Shown here: piece after piece, positions 8,201 to 21,847 of the stretch
Numbering within the stretch: position 1 is the stretch's first letter
Layout of the letters: each line of letters begins with the position of its first letter
Origin: Zootoca vivipara
Lineage: Eukaryota
Assembly: GCF_963506605.1 (NCBI RefSeq)
Contig: NC_083276.1
Coordinates: 57,350,001 to 57,414,000, forward strand
Direction: 5' to 3'
Length of the DNA stretch: 64,000 nt
The notes under the pieces: generated by a model
The model's database searches: none
What the model saw: only the letters and a program-made list of their open reading frames with translations
Told to the model about the DNA's origin: nothing
Translations under genes and position numbers: made by a program

Positions 8201-11200
8201 CTTTGGCAGACCCATCCTCTTGCCCCTCCTCTTCCTGCGTAATTCTGGAGTTGGAGGGATGGGTCTTCCCCCCTTGCTTGCCCCTTCCTGTCCCACCTGG
8301 GACCCTGGCTCCTCTACCTTGCCTGAGCCTCGGACACGACTTCCTGCTTCCCCACTGGAATCGGAACTCTCCCTGCTTTCCCCTTTGCTCGGGGACGGGC
8401 TTGAACTCAGGAGGGGAGGGACTTCGCGATATCCCCTGTCCCTCACACTGGCCGAGGTGGTACACGAGAACAAGATCGAAACCATTGAAGATTGTTCCTG
8501 GAACGTGTGTGCCAGATCATGCCATCACCAAGGACTACTTCCAGATAGGATACTTGTTTTTTTTAATGGTCAGGCATGATGAATAAGTGCGTTTGGAATT
8601 CACATGAGAACTCTGCGAAACTCTTTGCTGATTTGCTGTGGCACTGGGGTCTTTGTCCTCCAGATCACCTAGGAAAGCAATCCTGCAGTGGAATCATTAC
8701 CAAAAGGAAAGCCCCTTTGAAGCAGATTGCAAAAGGGAGACTGTTTGGCAAGGATTCTCAGGGGAATATACTCGGCATACTGGAAAGCGAGTATGGTGAG
8801 TGACACAAACCTTGCAGAAGAACGGGTAATCCAAATCTCAAGAGCAAAACAAAAATGCTTATGTAAAATTGGTAACTGGGAGAGTTACCAATTATTTTTA
8901 TCATCTACTCACTCCTGCCACAGATGTGGAAATGTATTCTTCAACCTAGAGGTGGAACTAATAACCCTTTCCCCAAAAGGCAATGTAGATTCTCCTATGG
9001 AGGCAACTATTTGGTGTAACGAATTACCACAAACTGAAATTCAGTGGTCTCAATCAGAGTCAGTGATTTAAGCAGAAAATACTTCTCTGCCATATAGCAA
9101 AGCTGTGAGATGTAGCCTCATCCCTACCTTCTTGGCTTCTGAGATACCATCAGGTGTTGCCTACACACCTTTAAAGCAGGTGCAAGGGTTAGAAACTTAG
9201 TGTTCTCACCTACTGAATTTTGCACCCACCATTCCTGTGCTTGTGACAAGCGCTGAAAACATTGAGCATTGTATGAGATAGTGTTTATTGAAGCATATTA
9301 TGTATCAGGCATCCCCAAACTGCAGCCCTCCAGATGTTTTGGCCTACAACTCCCATGATCCCTAGCTAACAAGACCAGTGGTCGGGGAAGATGGGAATTG
9401 TAGTCCAAAACATCTGGAGGGCCGAAGTTTGGGGATGCCTGTTATATATATATGATCAACATAACTCCATGCAATATATATATTTTTTAAAAAAAAATCA
9501 GAACTGCAGAACTAAGGATATGTATTGCTTACCAGCCTGGTAATCATATAAGGCTATCGCTGTTATTCCAAGGTCGTTTTCGTATTCGTAAGTACTTCCA
9601 TCTAAAGGGAAAGGGACACATTACTACTATGCATGACACAATAAAGGGATATGTGAATTTCTTAAACTCATGTACTAACATGTAGTCTGACACATAAAAG
9701 TTGGTCTCTCCCATATTCAGTTGCATCATCCAACAAAGGTTCTAATCACCATTTAAGATCATTTTTATTGCATGAAGCCAAGACCTAGTAGGCTGAGGTT
9801 GCAATCCTAGACATGTTTACTGGAGAATAAATCCCACCGAGAGGGACTTACTTTCAGATGCCTAGAATCATTAGATATCCCTGGCCCAGCAAATGCCCTA
9901 TATGTAATACCATTAACACCTTACAAGTCAAGCTAGTATGCCTTTTCCCCAGTTTTGTTTTTCAGAAAGCACAGACCCCAAATATTTATAGGTTTGTATC
10001 TGATGCTACTCTAAGAAGCTCAATACAGCACAGAGAGGCTTCCCAGGTAAATCTCCCACCCAGAATTAGCTAGACACAGCCCTGCATAGCTTTAGAAAAA
10101 GAAGGAACCATCTACTCAAAAGTATTACCTCCTGGCTCCTGTCACTCACTGAGTGTTTTCTAGCCTGAACATCTCAAACTACCAGATCTGAGAACAGTCT
10201 ACCATTGCCTAAAGCCATGACCAAAGAGATCTCTCTCTCCTAGGTCAAAAGACAAGCTGTCGAACCTGCTTGGTACTGGTTTCCTGCCCCAGCCACTTCA
10301 TACACCGTCTCAGATTCATACTCTGGCTCTCGCTGACTGACTGCTTCTTGGTAGTCAGATTCTTCAACTTTGTTGTTGGTTTCTGGCTCGTGCGCAGCTG
10401 AGTAATTTGCATTTGAATTCTTGTAGCCAGACTCAAAGGAAACGGCATCCTAGAGGGAAGGAGAGGCAGCCAGAACATAACAGAGAGAACTTCAAGTACA
10501 TTGTTGTTACAGAAATGCAGAATTATTACTGCCTCCCTTAGGAGGAGGAAACCTCAACCCTGGGGGAAGGGTGGTGGGGAATGCAGGGACTCTTAAGGCC
10601 TTCTCCAATCCACAGCCTGGACTAGCATGTGTTCTTGAATATTCATAGCTCCGTCTTGAATATTCATAGCTCTGTCTGTTTTGCCTCTGACGGTGACTCT
10701 GACCCCACCCAGAGCTGGCACGAGGCTCTCAGAATGTCCCTGTTGGGCTAATAAAGGTGCCCCACCCCCGGTACACAGGACACAATGCACAGCACACTAC
10801 ATTAATGCATATAGGGCTAAAGTGTGCAGGGCAAATACTTCTTCTTCTTCTTTGGTGATCACATGTAGCCGAGGAAGATTGTCTTCCATAAACATGGTTT
10901 TAACAATGGGTCCGTAAGTGACTGTGGAGGCCAATTCTGGATCCACACGTCCTTCCACAGTGGGGACACTGGTTTCCGGGCGGGACTTGATCACGGTGTG
11001 GATTTGCCTAGCGTGCTTTCCTCTTAGCACGTTTCTGACCTTCCTAAGCGCTTTCAGCTGAACATGCTTAGAAGCCTCCCCGTGACCAGGAACTCCTCCT
11101 CAAAAATGAGGAGCAAATGAAGATAGCCCATGGACTGCTTGCCTTTTGGAGACTGCTGCAAGCTGACAATTTGCAAGTGCCCTTCCGACAGATCAATTCC

Positions 11201-14200
11201 TTGGCAAAGTAATTTGGCAGACTCAAGGAGAAGCTGGGGTGGTGCACTGCAACAGCCACATCACAGTCATTGTGGGAATACAATTGGACAGCATGTTTGT
11301 TCATTATGCAGCTCAAAGTCTGCTCGTCACTACCCTGTGATAATTCATTCAAGCGTATTCTCATTTCTCCCCATGATCTCTCCCTTGCCGAATGTTCCAA
11401 ATTTAGCATAGCAAATGTGATTAAATCTATTACAATCTTATTGTCCTGAGTGGTATAAGGCAGCTTCCAGAGATTCCCCAGTTGGACTACTTGTGCATAT
11501 AGCCTAACACTGTCTCCTGACAAGCAGAGGAGGCACAGAACTCTTTCACAGCACTTCCTACCTGACAGGTAGATGTCAGTGATTGTACCTGGGAGCTTCA
11601 GCATGCAAAGCATTTGCCCTCCAGCTAGGGCTTTGCTTTTTTCCTGTTTGGCTAAATGACTATAGCTAGCAAACTAACCTCATAGACTGGACTTGACGGC
11701 AATTTTTCTTCCACAGGCTGCGGTGCGGGAGCAGGAGCAGGAGATGGAGGTGGAGTTTGTTTCTTGGCTTTGGCCTGTTCCTTTAAAAGAAAGAGGGGGA
11801 AAAACAGAGTGGGTGGGCGGGAGAAGAGATATGGATCAAAGCAAGATCTGTAGCACAGACATGACACAACAAGAGGAGCAGGAAGTTTGTGGGCTGCACT
11901 TACACGCAACACTACTACTAACTTGCCCCTCTATTAAAAAGTGAGAATTTGTAAGGAAGGTAACTTATTTTCTGCAGCAGTTTCACTTATGGAGTCACAC
12001 TGCAGGAGGCTAAAACAGAAAGCAGGCACGGCGAGGAGAATACTTAACAGTAAGACTATGATGAGGTCGTCCTTTAAATCCTCCACAAGGAGTTACCCTC
12101 CAGTTACAACTACTGTACCATACAAGGAGCATGTGAGCCAGTGTGACCATGTTGAGAGCTTGCAACTCAACGTAGTCAGTGGCAAGCTGCATGAATATGG
12201 CAACCAAGTTACCCCACTCATGGGCTGACTCTTATGCCATCACTGCTGCTCCATGAAGCAGCACCGTCGCAGTGAGAATGGGCTGGCAAGTATGTTATTT
12301 CCTTCACAGGTTCCACTTGCAAAGAGAATTCCACACCATAAGGCAAGATGCCTGTATTGTCTGTTAAGTCCTTCCTTCACCTGTTTTGTTGATTTCTATG
12401 TATCCTTAAGCATGAGAGGCTGGTTCCCTTGCATTAATTCACCAAGATCCTATTTTAGAAATGGCCTCGCAACATAAAGGCACTGCATTTTCCAATGCAA
12501 AAGACATCACCTTTCTGACAAGCTGATTGGACTTAAGGGTAAAGGACAGGGAGATGAAAGATGGCCTAAATGTGAACTGCCAGGTGGAGCACTGTCAGAG
12601 GCAGCAGCTGCCACCAAGACAGTGGGAGTCAGAAAGGGGTTTTGGAAGCCTCCTGTTCCCTAGACTCCCAGAAACAATCATGCCAATTAACAGCAACTGG
12701 TGTGAGGTGGAACAACACAGGTGACACTGGTCAGCCTTTCTGGAGCAACTGCCAATGGGGTGGAGGGAAGAAAGGCACCCCAGGATAGGAGATTGGATCA
12801 AATAATGCTTCCAGGTGAAAGCTGAAAGAGTCACAGAAGGAAGGGCAGCCCCTCTTGTCCCTAGATAAGCAGGGGACATACAGCGAGTACACTTGTGGCC
12901 TCCTGCTTGCTGTAAACAATTGTGGAAATGGCAATAGTTAAATCTGCTATATCCTACACATTTCACTTTATTTATCCATATTTCCACATTGCTGCTGCTA
13001 CTGAGGGAGGGAAGAGGGCACTGTGTGTTTTTGCTTTCTATTGTTAGTGTATTGTATTTGTTGTATTTTTATACTCTTCTATTAGCTGATTATGTCACTG
13101 TATGTATCTTTATTTCTCTGCCACGGCTGATTAGTGAAATCGCTGTAGGATTTATTAAACACTGCACTTTTAAGTCTCAGTTGTTCGCTTAAGTCAATAT
13201 ATGTCTGGGCAGCAAGACATGAAGGAATGCTGTTTTTACAAGGAGACTATATATTTTTACACTGGCCAGGTGCTTATACAAAGAGGTAAACTATTTTTAG
13301 TTGCAGTTGTACTGATGAATTGTTGCTGCCATGACTTTGTGGTTTAGATGATATATTATTGTGTACAGTACAGTTGTTTTATCTACTGGCCGCCAGCCGT
13401 CCTCAGTTCCACATTGAAAGAAGAACAGGATATAAGATTTGTGAATACACAAAATTATTAGCACTGGGTTATAAGTGATCTGTTCAATGTTCCTGCCATA
13501 AACATTTAGGTACTGTGCATTTTCCTGATGGTGAATTACAATACACAAGAGCGATGACTATAACACTGATTACTATATATCTCCCCACCCCCACCCACCC
13601 ACCGCAAGTAAGCATTGATGGGAAACAAGTCTGTAAGTCTTCCCTTGTCTAGTTAACCCACTAACAAGACAAGACATACTACAAAGCTGGGAGAGGAACT
13701 TATTTTTCATTTGTAGTCCCAGGGCTGTGGTCTGGCACACTAAATTGTTACCAGGTGTTGTGAATGCAAGCAGTACAGGACTGCTGCATTTCATTTCACA
13801 GAGCCCACATATTCTGTAGCAGACAGGCAATTTCTTTCTACATCAGTGTCTCAAAGGCAGGAGTCAGAGTGGGTGGCAGTAGGAAGACCCATGCTGGGTG
13901 CCGCTGCTAGTAATTTTCTGCAGATTAAGTTGTAGAGCACTTTCTAGGACTTATAGATAGTCCAAAAGAGGTAGGCTTTTAGGAGCAATAATCTAGTATC
14001 TTTGATCATTAGAAATAAAAGTAAAAACTACCACCTTGCTTTCCTCTTTCTTAGATTTAAATGACATCATCAGGGATACAGATCATATGATGAGGAAAGG
14101 AATCGGTTGGGAGCAAGGATACAGCCAAGTTACGGTATATTTCTTTAACAGAGAACACTCANNNNNNNNNNNNNNNNNNNNNNNNNNNNNNNNNNNNNNN

Positions 14201-17200
14201 NNNNNNNNNNNNNNNNNNNNNNNNNNNNNNNNNNNNNNNNNNNNNNNNNNNNNNNNNNNNNNNNNNNNNNNNNNNNNNNNNNNNNNNNNNNNNNNNNNNN
14301 NNNNNNNNNNNNNNTCCAGCTGGCTCTACATATTTTACTGAGGAACTGCCTCTGCATTTTGCCAGCTACTTAACTCAAACCTTACAGGGCAAGAAAATTT
14401 TAAAATTGCTCAGCCCCATGCAAACCTCCTTCTCTATTGTTTAGTTGTGTGCCCCAATCATAGGATCAAGCTTTAGGGTCATAAAGGAGGCATGCCTGCC
14501 ATCTTCAGGACCCAATTCTATCCCACTGCAGCTCAGAACAGCTCAACAATGATTCTATTGCCAGCACCAGAGCAAGGAAATCAGGGGGCTGAATGTCTCT
14601 GCAAAAGTAAGGCTAGTGACCTATAGGATGCTAGCAATACAGAGTTACACCAAGAGGTTTCTTAACAATAAAAGGAGCAGTTCAGATGAAGATGGAGGTC
14701 CTAACAGGAAACACAACATGGGTAGAGGTTCCTGTGCCCAGTCCACACACAAAGGGATTGGTTGACAACAGCGCACATTTTATCAGCAGAAACTTTCTTT
14801 TTATGAGCTTCATCAGTTGGGGTGTATACTGCAGTGACAACCAGAAAGCAGGGATGCTAAGAATATCTAAAAATAGCTTCCTTCCCTCCTCATAGTTTTG
14901 AATCCATAATTTGGATTACAGCCTAATTAATGAATCCTGGAACTAGGAAGACTTTAAGCAAACAATAACCAGACCTATTTAAAATATGTATTCTAGTTCT
15001 GAATCATAAAAGTTTACAGCTTTCTAGAAGTTTTAAAGTTAATTATTTTCTAAAAACAAAATTCTGACTTTTTTTCTCAAGGGTGGGAGAGGGGGGAAGA
15101 AAGACAAAACAATGAATTTCACCGACTTCCAGCGTCCTCCTGGCTTCCTCTTGTTCTTGCTTGTCCTGTGCCATTCTTTGAGCTCTTTCAACTTCCGCCT
15201 TCCTCCTATCCTCCTGCTCTTTATCCTTAGCTAGGTTTTCAAAGTTAGCTCTGATGTTGCTGGTTTTGTTATTTGCTGTAATAGTAGAAATATTGAGACG
15301 TTCATTTTACAGGGCAGATTCCTATGCAAACCTCCACAACATACAGATCCAGAGTTAACTGGTAACCAAAATTAAGACTAAGCAAATTCTTTATACTTAG
15401 AAAAAGTAATGTAATCCCCTGAGAAGCCTGACTCATTCACCTTCCTACTAAAAACAGATGCTGCAAAAATTGGAACATATTGAAAGTTCAGGCCTAAATG
15501 ACTGACTTAAAAGTTAGGAATTCGGGAGTCATTCCAGCAACAAGGCCAAGGATTAGCTGACACGTTCAATTTAAAATGATGACTCCCTTCCTGAGCAGAC
15601 AAAAAAGAAAATACGTTAGAAAGTCGATCCAATTTTTATTTCGCCATTCCAAGCATAGAAAGCTAAATGCACCTAGGAGATTTAGTACTTATGCACCTAG
15701 GAGATTTAGTACTTATGCTGATGCAATGACTGCACTCCCATGTAATGCTTAAGCATGGCTTGGCATTTTGAGGGTGAAATGCAGTAAACCTCAGGCTCAC
15801 AAACCACCACCACCCCTGAAATGTTGCTACAAGGAGTTGCGAAGTTTTCCTTTCATTTTATAGATTAACCACATTTGATCTGCCATCTGAACTTGGGGGA
15901 AACTGTGGCTAGCCTTAGCTTAATGGAAACTAGTCACCTTCAAGCCATAATTTAAGAAGCTGTCTTGTTTTTATTCACCATAGTTAAGATTAACTTGGGA
16001 TTCAGTTGCAACACTAAACTGTGGTTAATCCAAAACAAAAGCTGAAGTTCCGTATCTCCTTGTGGCTGTGTCAGAGGTGAAGAGAGGAGCACACAAGCCT
16101 GAGATTCACAGCACCTCATCCTCATAATGCTAGGCACTTAGGCCATCAAGAACTTAAGATATTTCAGGTATAAGGGCAACCTAAACCATAAACAAGGAAA
16201 AAATTGGGGAGATATTTTCAGCATGTTAAAATATAGCCTTACCAGCTTCCACTGGCTTGGTCTTCTGGTACGTTGAAGATAATTTCTCAATATCTTCAAA
16301 ATTTGATGCATTCTATCAATAAAAGCCAGATGAGGTCACACACATATCGGGGACAAGATAACAAGCCATTAGAAATGCACACAACGGTTTTATTTAAAGA
16401 AATCTTTTTTATGCTCCAAAGTTGCTTTTCAAGTACAAGCTGCACGTTCTCAAAGGTGACATGTGCACTCAAAACAAATACTGTAAAAAGGCTGTGTGAT
16501 TTTAATAAAGTATCCAGACAAAGCAAAATGCCACCTGACATTTGGCAATCTAATAACAAATGCAAACTTGGATGCAAGAGGTGTTTGACATTTTTTTATA
16601 AGTAAAATGAAACACAAAGATAAATTTCAACTGAGCAGAGAACCCAAAAGAGCAACTCTCAATTTCAAAAAGCAGTAGAGAAGCTTTAAGTGCACAATGA
16701 TATGAGGTAGCAAAGGGAAAAGATGTCTCTATCACAAAGACTCATATGTTCAACATATGAGTAGACATGGTTACAGTTGCATTGAAGGTTGAGGATGCTT
16801 TTATGAACTGATCCCTGATGCTTTTTATATTGCAACACTCTTTTTTATGCATTTGGTCATTTATATGTAATGTTTTTGTACTCCTTGTTAGCTGCTAAAA
16901 TTGCAGCTTATATGAATTTCCTCACAATTTTTGTTTCTTTTTTAAAAAAACACTTTCATNNNNNNNNNNNNNNNNNNNNNNNNNNNNNNNNNNNNNNNNN
17001 NNNNNNNNNNNNNNNNNNNNNNNNNNNNNNNNNNNNNNNNNNNNNNNNNNNNNNNNNNNNNNNNNNNNNNNNNNNNNNNNNNNNNNNNNNNNNNNNNNNN
17101 NNNNNNAACAGTATCTGTATTAGTCTGCTGTTCTAAAAAATAAAGTAAGAAGCTCCTTTGTATACGTATTCATTGAATTCAGAGGGGATTATTTCTGAGC

Positions 17201-18460
17201 ATCTCTGCATTGGACTGGAGATTCTAATCTGAGGCAGCCATTATGAAAACTGATGTCGGGGGGTATTTATTCCACATTATTTAATGCAGACAATTTATCT
17301 CCGGCTCCACCCATCATCAGTTCCCAGACAGAAACGAAAGGTTGCCCATTCTTGCCATAAGAAATATTTGATTTACGGTCATACCTTATCCATTCGATCT
17401 TTCTGCACGCCATATTTTCCACCAAAGCCTTTCGAATAGTCTAAAAACACGACAAAAAACAACGACACTAATTGAAGGTGATTGTTTCTACCCCTCTTTT
17501 GAGTTTTCTCAAATGCAGATGAGAACTGAAAGGAGCTGCATGCTTAAGAGTTCCCAATGACTGCAGCCAAGCAAAAAAACGGAAAAGAAGTAGATGCAAT
17601 AGATGAAATATATATACTTGTAAGATTTTGGAAGAAGATGTGCAAGCTACAGTGGGCCAGATTCATGCTTCCACATTCATCGGCTGAAATGACACTGGAT
17701 GACTGTTGACAGGAATCAAGCAAAGAAAAGGATGCTCTCCCTCTCTGGACCCAACACTCCCGCCTGCCACACACCACTTCTATAGCACAGGCTTGGATTA
17801 CTCTACTACTCTAGCATTTACTTCTTGCCACTTCTGGCATTCACCATGTCAATGAATGAGCGTTTTAAATGCCAAAAAGACACAGATATATTGACCACAG
17901 AGGGCTTTGTATCCAACCAAGACATAGTCTTCAGTAGACATAATGAAAAGCGCTGAACAGACATCAGTCAGGCCCACTGATTTCAGAGCAGGGCATTGTC
18001 TCATTACAGATTGACAACAGAAGTACCACACGGTACAATTAAATGCTGGACAGACAAACTTCTACAAAACACACACACTGTGGGGGGGAAACTGAAGGAA
18101 TGAACTACTTCTTATTGATGGAAGGATCTCATGGGCTACCTTGCCTTAGTTTCATCAAGGAGATTCCATGTAAAGAGAGTTTCTATATCTATCTATCCAC
18201 CCAAAACACTGGAACCAAATCACCTTTGCCTAACGTGTCAATGAAGATACTATTTCACATGTTTTATATTGAACTGATATGCTGCATGAAGCGGTGATCA
18301 CTAAAAACAAAATCTCAAACCTTCTAACAGCCAAATCAGGGCATATTTTATATCGGATGGATAGTGCATGACTTTAACATTGCAACATATGGAAACTACT
18401 GTACTAGTTCTAGGAAATGAATTGCACATGGGTTTTCCTTTGAAGAGGCTCTCCCTCTCC

Positions 18461-18494
<34 letters not shown>

Positions 18495-21400
18495 GTATGT
18501 AATGTTGGCTAGGTTGATTTCACAGCACATGGAGAAAAGAAGATCATCTCATAGTGGTGCCTGTTATACTATTTCACCCATTGCATTTAAAGAGAGAGAC
18601 ATTTTTAAGCAGTATATCAATTTCAGCATAAACCTAAAATGTTGGCTTCTTGTTATGACGGAAGAAACTCAAGGACGTGGGTATCACAAGTGACATTTCC
18701 TGGACAGAAGCAACCTTGCTGTGGCAAAGACTCAGGCTTCGTAGGCCAGAATCAAAAACCAAACAAGGCACGGTAGAGGTCCACTCCTCATATATCATGG
18801 AGTGCACACTCAAGCAATACTATTGCAAACTACTGACCTGATCCGCACTTGCCAAAAATAATGATGATGATGAATGGCTGCCATTAGCTTTAAAACATTC
18901 AACTAAAGATTGCAGCGATGTATTGGGATGCTATGATTCAGAGAGAAAGAAATGTTGCCGTGAAACTGCCCGAGGGTGGTGCAGGGCTTTCAAAGAGAGC
19001 AACTTAAGTCTGTGGTAGAAGTGGCTGCACTGGGTAAGTTACAACTAGAAAGTATGCCTTGTTGTGATTCGTGCTTCGCTAGTTTCTCCTTGTAGTCAAA
19101 CCCCACAGCTGAGGAGTCCTGCCTCTCTGTTTGAACACCGAATTTCCCTCCGAAACCACTCTTATAGTCTGAGAAATCCATGTTATATCACGAGGAAAAA
19201 GAAGCAAGAGAAGAGAAGGAGAAGGACAGGAGGAAGAGAAACATATTTAGATACAACATGGATGAACCAAAAACAAACACCATTAAAAAAGCCCCCCCAA
19301 AGTATTAATTTATTACCTGCCCCTAACCCTAAGGTACCAGGGCAGGTTGCAACAATTAAAACACAATGCAAAAAAAAAAAAATTAAAACAACTTACAATC
19401 ACAAAAAAGTAAAAATCACAAAAGTAAGGTGGGTCCTAAAAATATGCATCTCAAGTACCACAGAGGCTAAATAAAGAAGTTGCCAGACACACCTCTACTG
19501 GGAAGGAGTACCACAATTTAGGGGCTGCCAGAGAGAATTTTCTTTCCTGGGCCACTCCCTCCCCATAGCATCTGAGGGTGGTGGAACGAACAAGAGTGCC
19601 CCCCTCTACCAATCTTAGAGCTCAAGGGGGTCCAATAGGGAAGGAGTTGGTCTTTCAGGTATCTAGAGCCTAAGCCATTTAGGTCTTTAAACACTAATAT
19701 GAGTATCCTGGAGCCAGAAACAAAATGGTAACCAGTGCAGCTGTTTTAAAACAGGAGTGAAAATGGAGCCACAGCCAGTAATCTGGCCACTGTATTTTCG
19801 ACCAATTTAAATTTGAGTCATTTTCAAGGACAGCCCCATTTAGAACACATTTCAATAATCCAATCTGGAAGCTACCAGATCGTGGAGTATAATGGCCATG
19901 TCATTTTTGCCCAAAAGGGGCTGAGGCTGGTGAACCAGCGGCATCTGGAAAAAGGCACTCCTAGCCTCTAAGCTCGCCTGAGCCTCTAGTAACAAACAGT
20001 GCTGAATCCAGGAACAGATCTGCTCCTCCCAGGGGAGTGTAATCCCACCTAGGGCAGGCCATCTCCTCACTTCCTGGGTGTAAGAACTCAGAACACATAA
20101 CAACTCTCTTTCCAAGATTCAGTCCATCACTGTCTCCAAGCAACTGCCTCTCCCAACTCCGATGGAACAAAAAGAGAGAGGTGGGTATCATCTGCATATT
20201 GATGGCACTTCAAATCTCCTGACAACAGCTCCCAGTGGATTCATATAGATGTCAAATAGTATGGGGAACAAGATAAAACCCCGCAGGACACCACGGGATG
20301 ACTCCCATGGTGTTGAACAGTAGCCTCCCATAACTACTTTCAGGAACACATCATGCAATTCCGAACCAAAATACACATTGAGAAATCTTATGGTTCCAAG
20401 ACTGTTTTACTTCAGATTGCAGCTGGGAGAAATCACAGCTTGGAATGCCACACGTTTGGAAGCCCAGGCCAAAAATCCCCTGCATATACATGGCAATCAC
20501 AGCAAGGAGAAGAATATGATAAAACTTTCTCTGATATACCCATCTTTTCAAAAGCAGAACATATTTTTCACAAGGGAAAGCATTCAGGCATACTACTATT
20601 TCCCTTTCCACTTCACAATATACAAGTGAAATGGTGCAAGCCCATGTAATATTTTTGAACATGTAGTTTGAGTCTGAAACTTATTTTCACAAGTTTCCAA
20701 GTTCCATCAGCTTCAGCCAATGGTTAGGGATGCTGTAGTTTAGAATCTGGAGGTCACCGCTCTGGTGACCTCTGCTAGAGATCATGTGATGCATATACCT
20801 TCCTTCTTTATGAACCCGACAACAGTATAGCATTATACAGAATGATAATCATTGTACCCCTTTATATGTACAGCCAAGAAATATGTATATACCTTTCTGA
20901 GATTCGTGCAGTTGTACTTTTTCCTGGTGATCCCAGCCAAGGGCACATTTGTCCTGTCTGTCCGTCTGCACCCCAAACTTTCCACCAAAACCTTTTGTAT
21001 AATCTAGATAGATAAAATAACACAGGGTGTTATCGAGATCTCGTTTTTGTCCTGGAGGAAGTTTAAAGTTAATTTATATATTTAAGAGAAAGTAGCTAGA
21101 GGTCTTCTTCCCCTTACCAAGTCCAACTCAATGTATGAGTAGGGTTTTTTTTTAATGGCAGGAAAATATTAGTACACAAAGCTGCAGTCATAAGGACTCA
21201 GTGAACTGAGGTGAATTAAAGTACTGAACAAACATGTTTAGGAGATTTATTTCACAATTTCTCCTCTGCTACTTGGTCCCACAGAGCCTTGAGCAGGCAT
21301 AGGCAAACCCGGCCCTCCAGATGTTTTGGGACTACAACTCCAATCATTCCTAGCTAATAGGACCAGTGGTCAGGGATAATGGGAACTGTAGTCCCAAAAC

Positions 21401-21806
21401 AGCTGGAGGGCTGAGTTTGCCTATGCCTGGTCTTGAGGATGCTGCTGTATAGATCTCAGCAAATATTCACTATAGTCCAATTTACACAAAACAGAATCTT
21501 ATGCAGTGCAAATTTAAGAGGCAGCTGTTTACACAAAACAACAACAACAAACTAGTAGTGTTTTGCCACATCAACAGTTACTAGTTCTATCATCCAGATT
21601 TCCTGCTGAATGCAATAAATTGTCTGAGCCAAAGTATTCACAGGATATATTTGTGGTTTTTTAAAAAATATTTTAAAGTTATGAACCACCTTGAGATCTA
21701 CGGATGAAGGGCGATATATAAATTTAATAAATAAACAAATGATCATAGGTAGCTAGTCATGTTAATGATTGTTCTATACTGCTTTTAATGGTTGTTACAC
21801 TTCTAA

Positions 21807-21847
<41 letters not shown>

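Larger units (their letters stand above)
2635..8447 (-). mobile_element. Full-length Ty3/Gypsy chromovirus (Tf1/sushi-like) LTR retrotransposon
   Basis: TG...CA LTRs at 8020-8447 and 2635-3062; 5-bp TSD CTGGC at 2630-2634 and 8448-8452; gag plus PR-RT-RH-IN-chromo order; PPT. Confidence 0.97.

Noticed and set aside
14036-17136. ORFs containing X runs
   Set aside because: Artefacts of N gaps. The CTTN frame is complete without any exon from the gaps.
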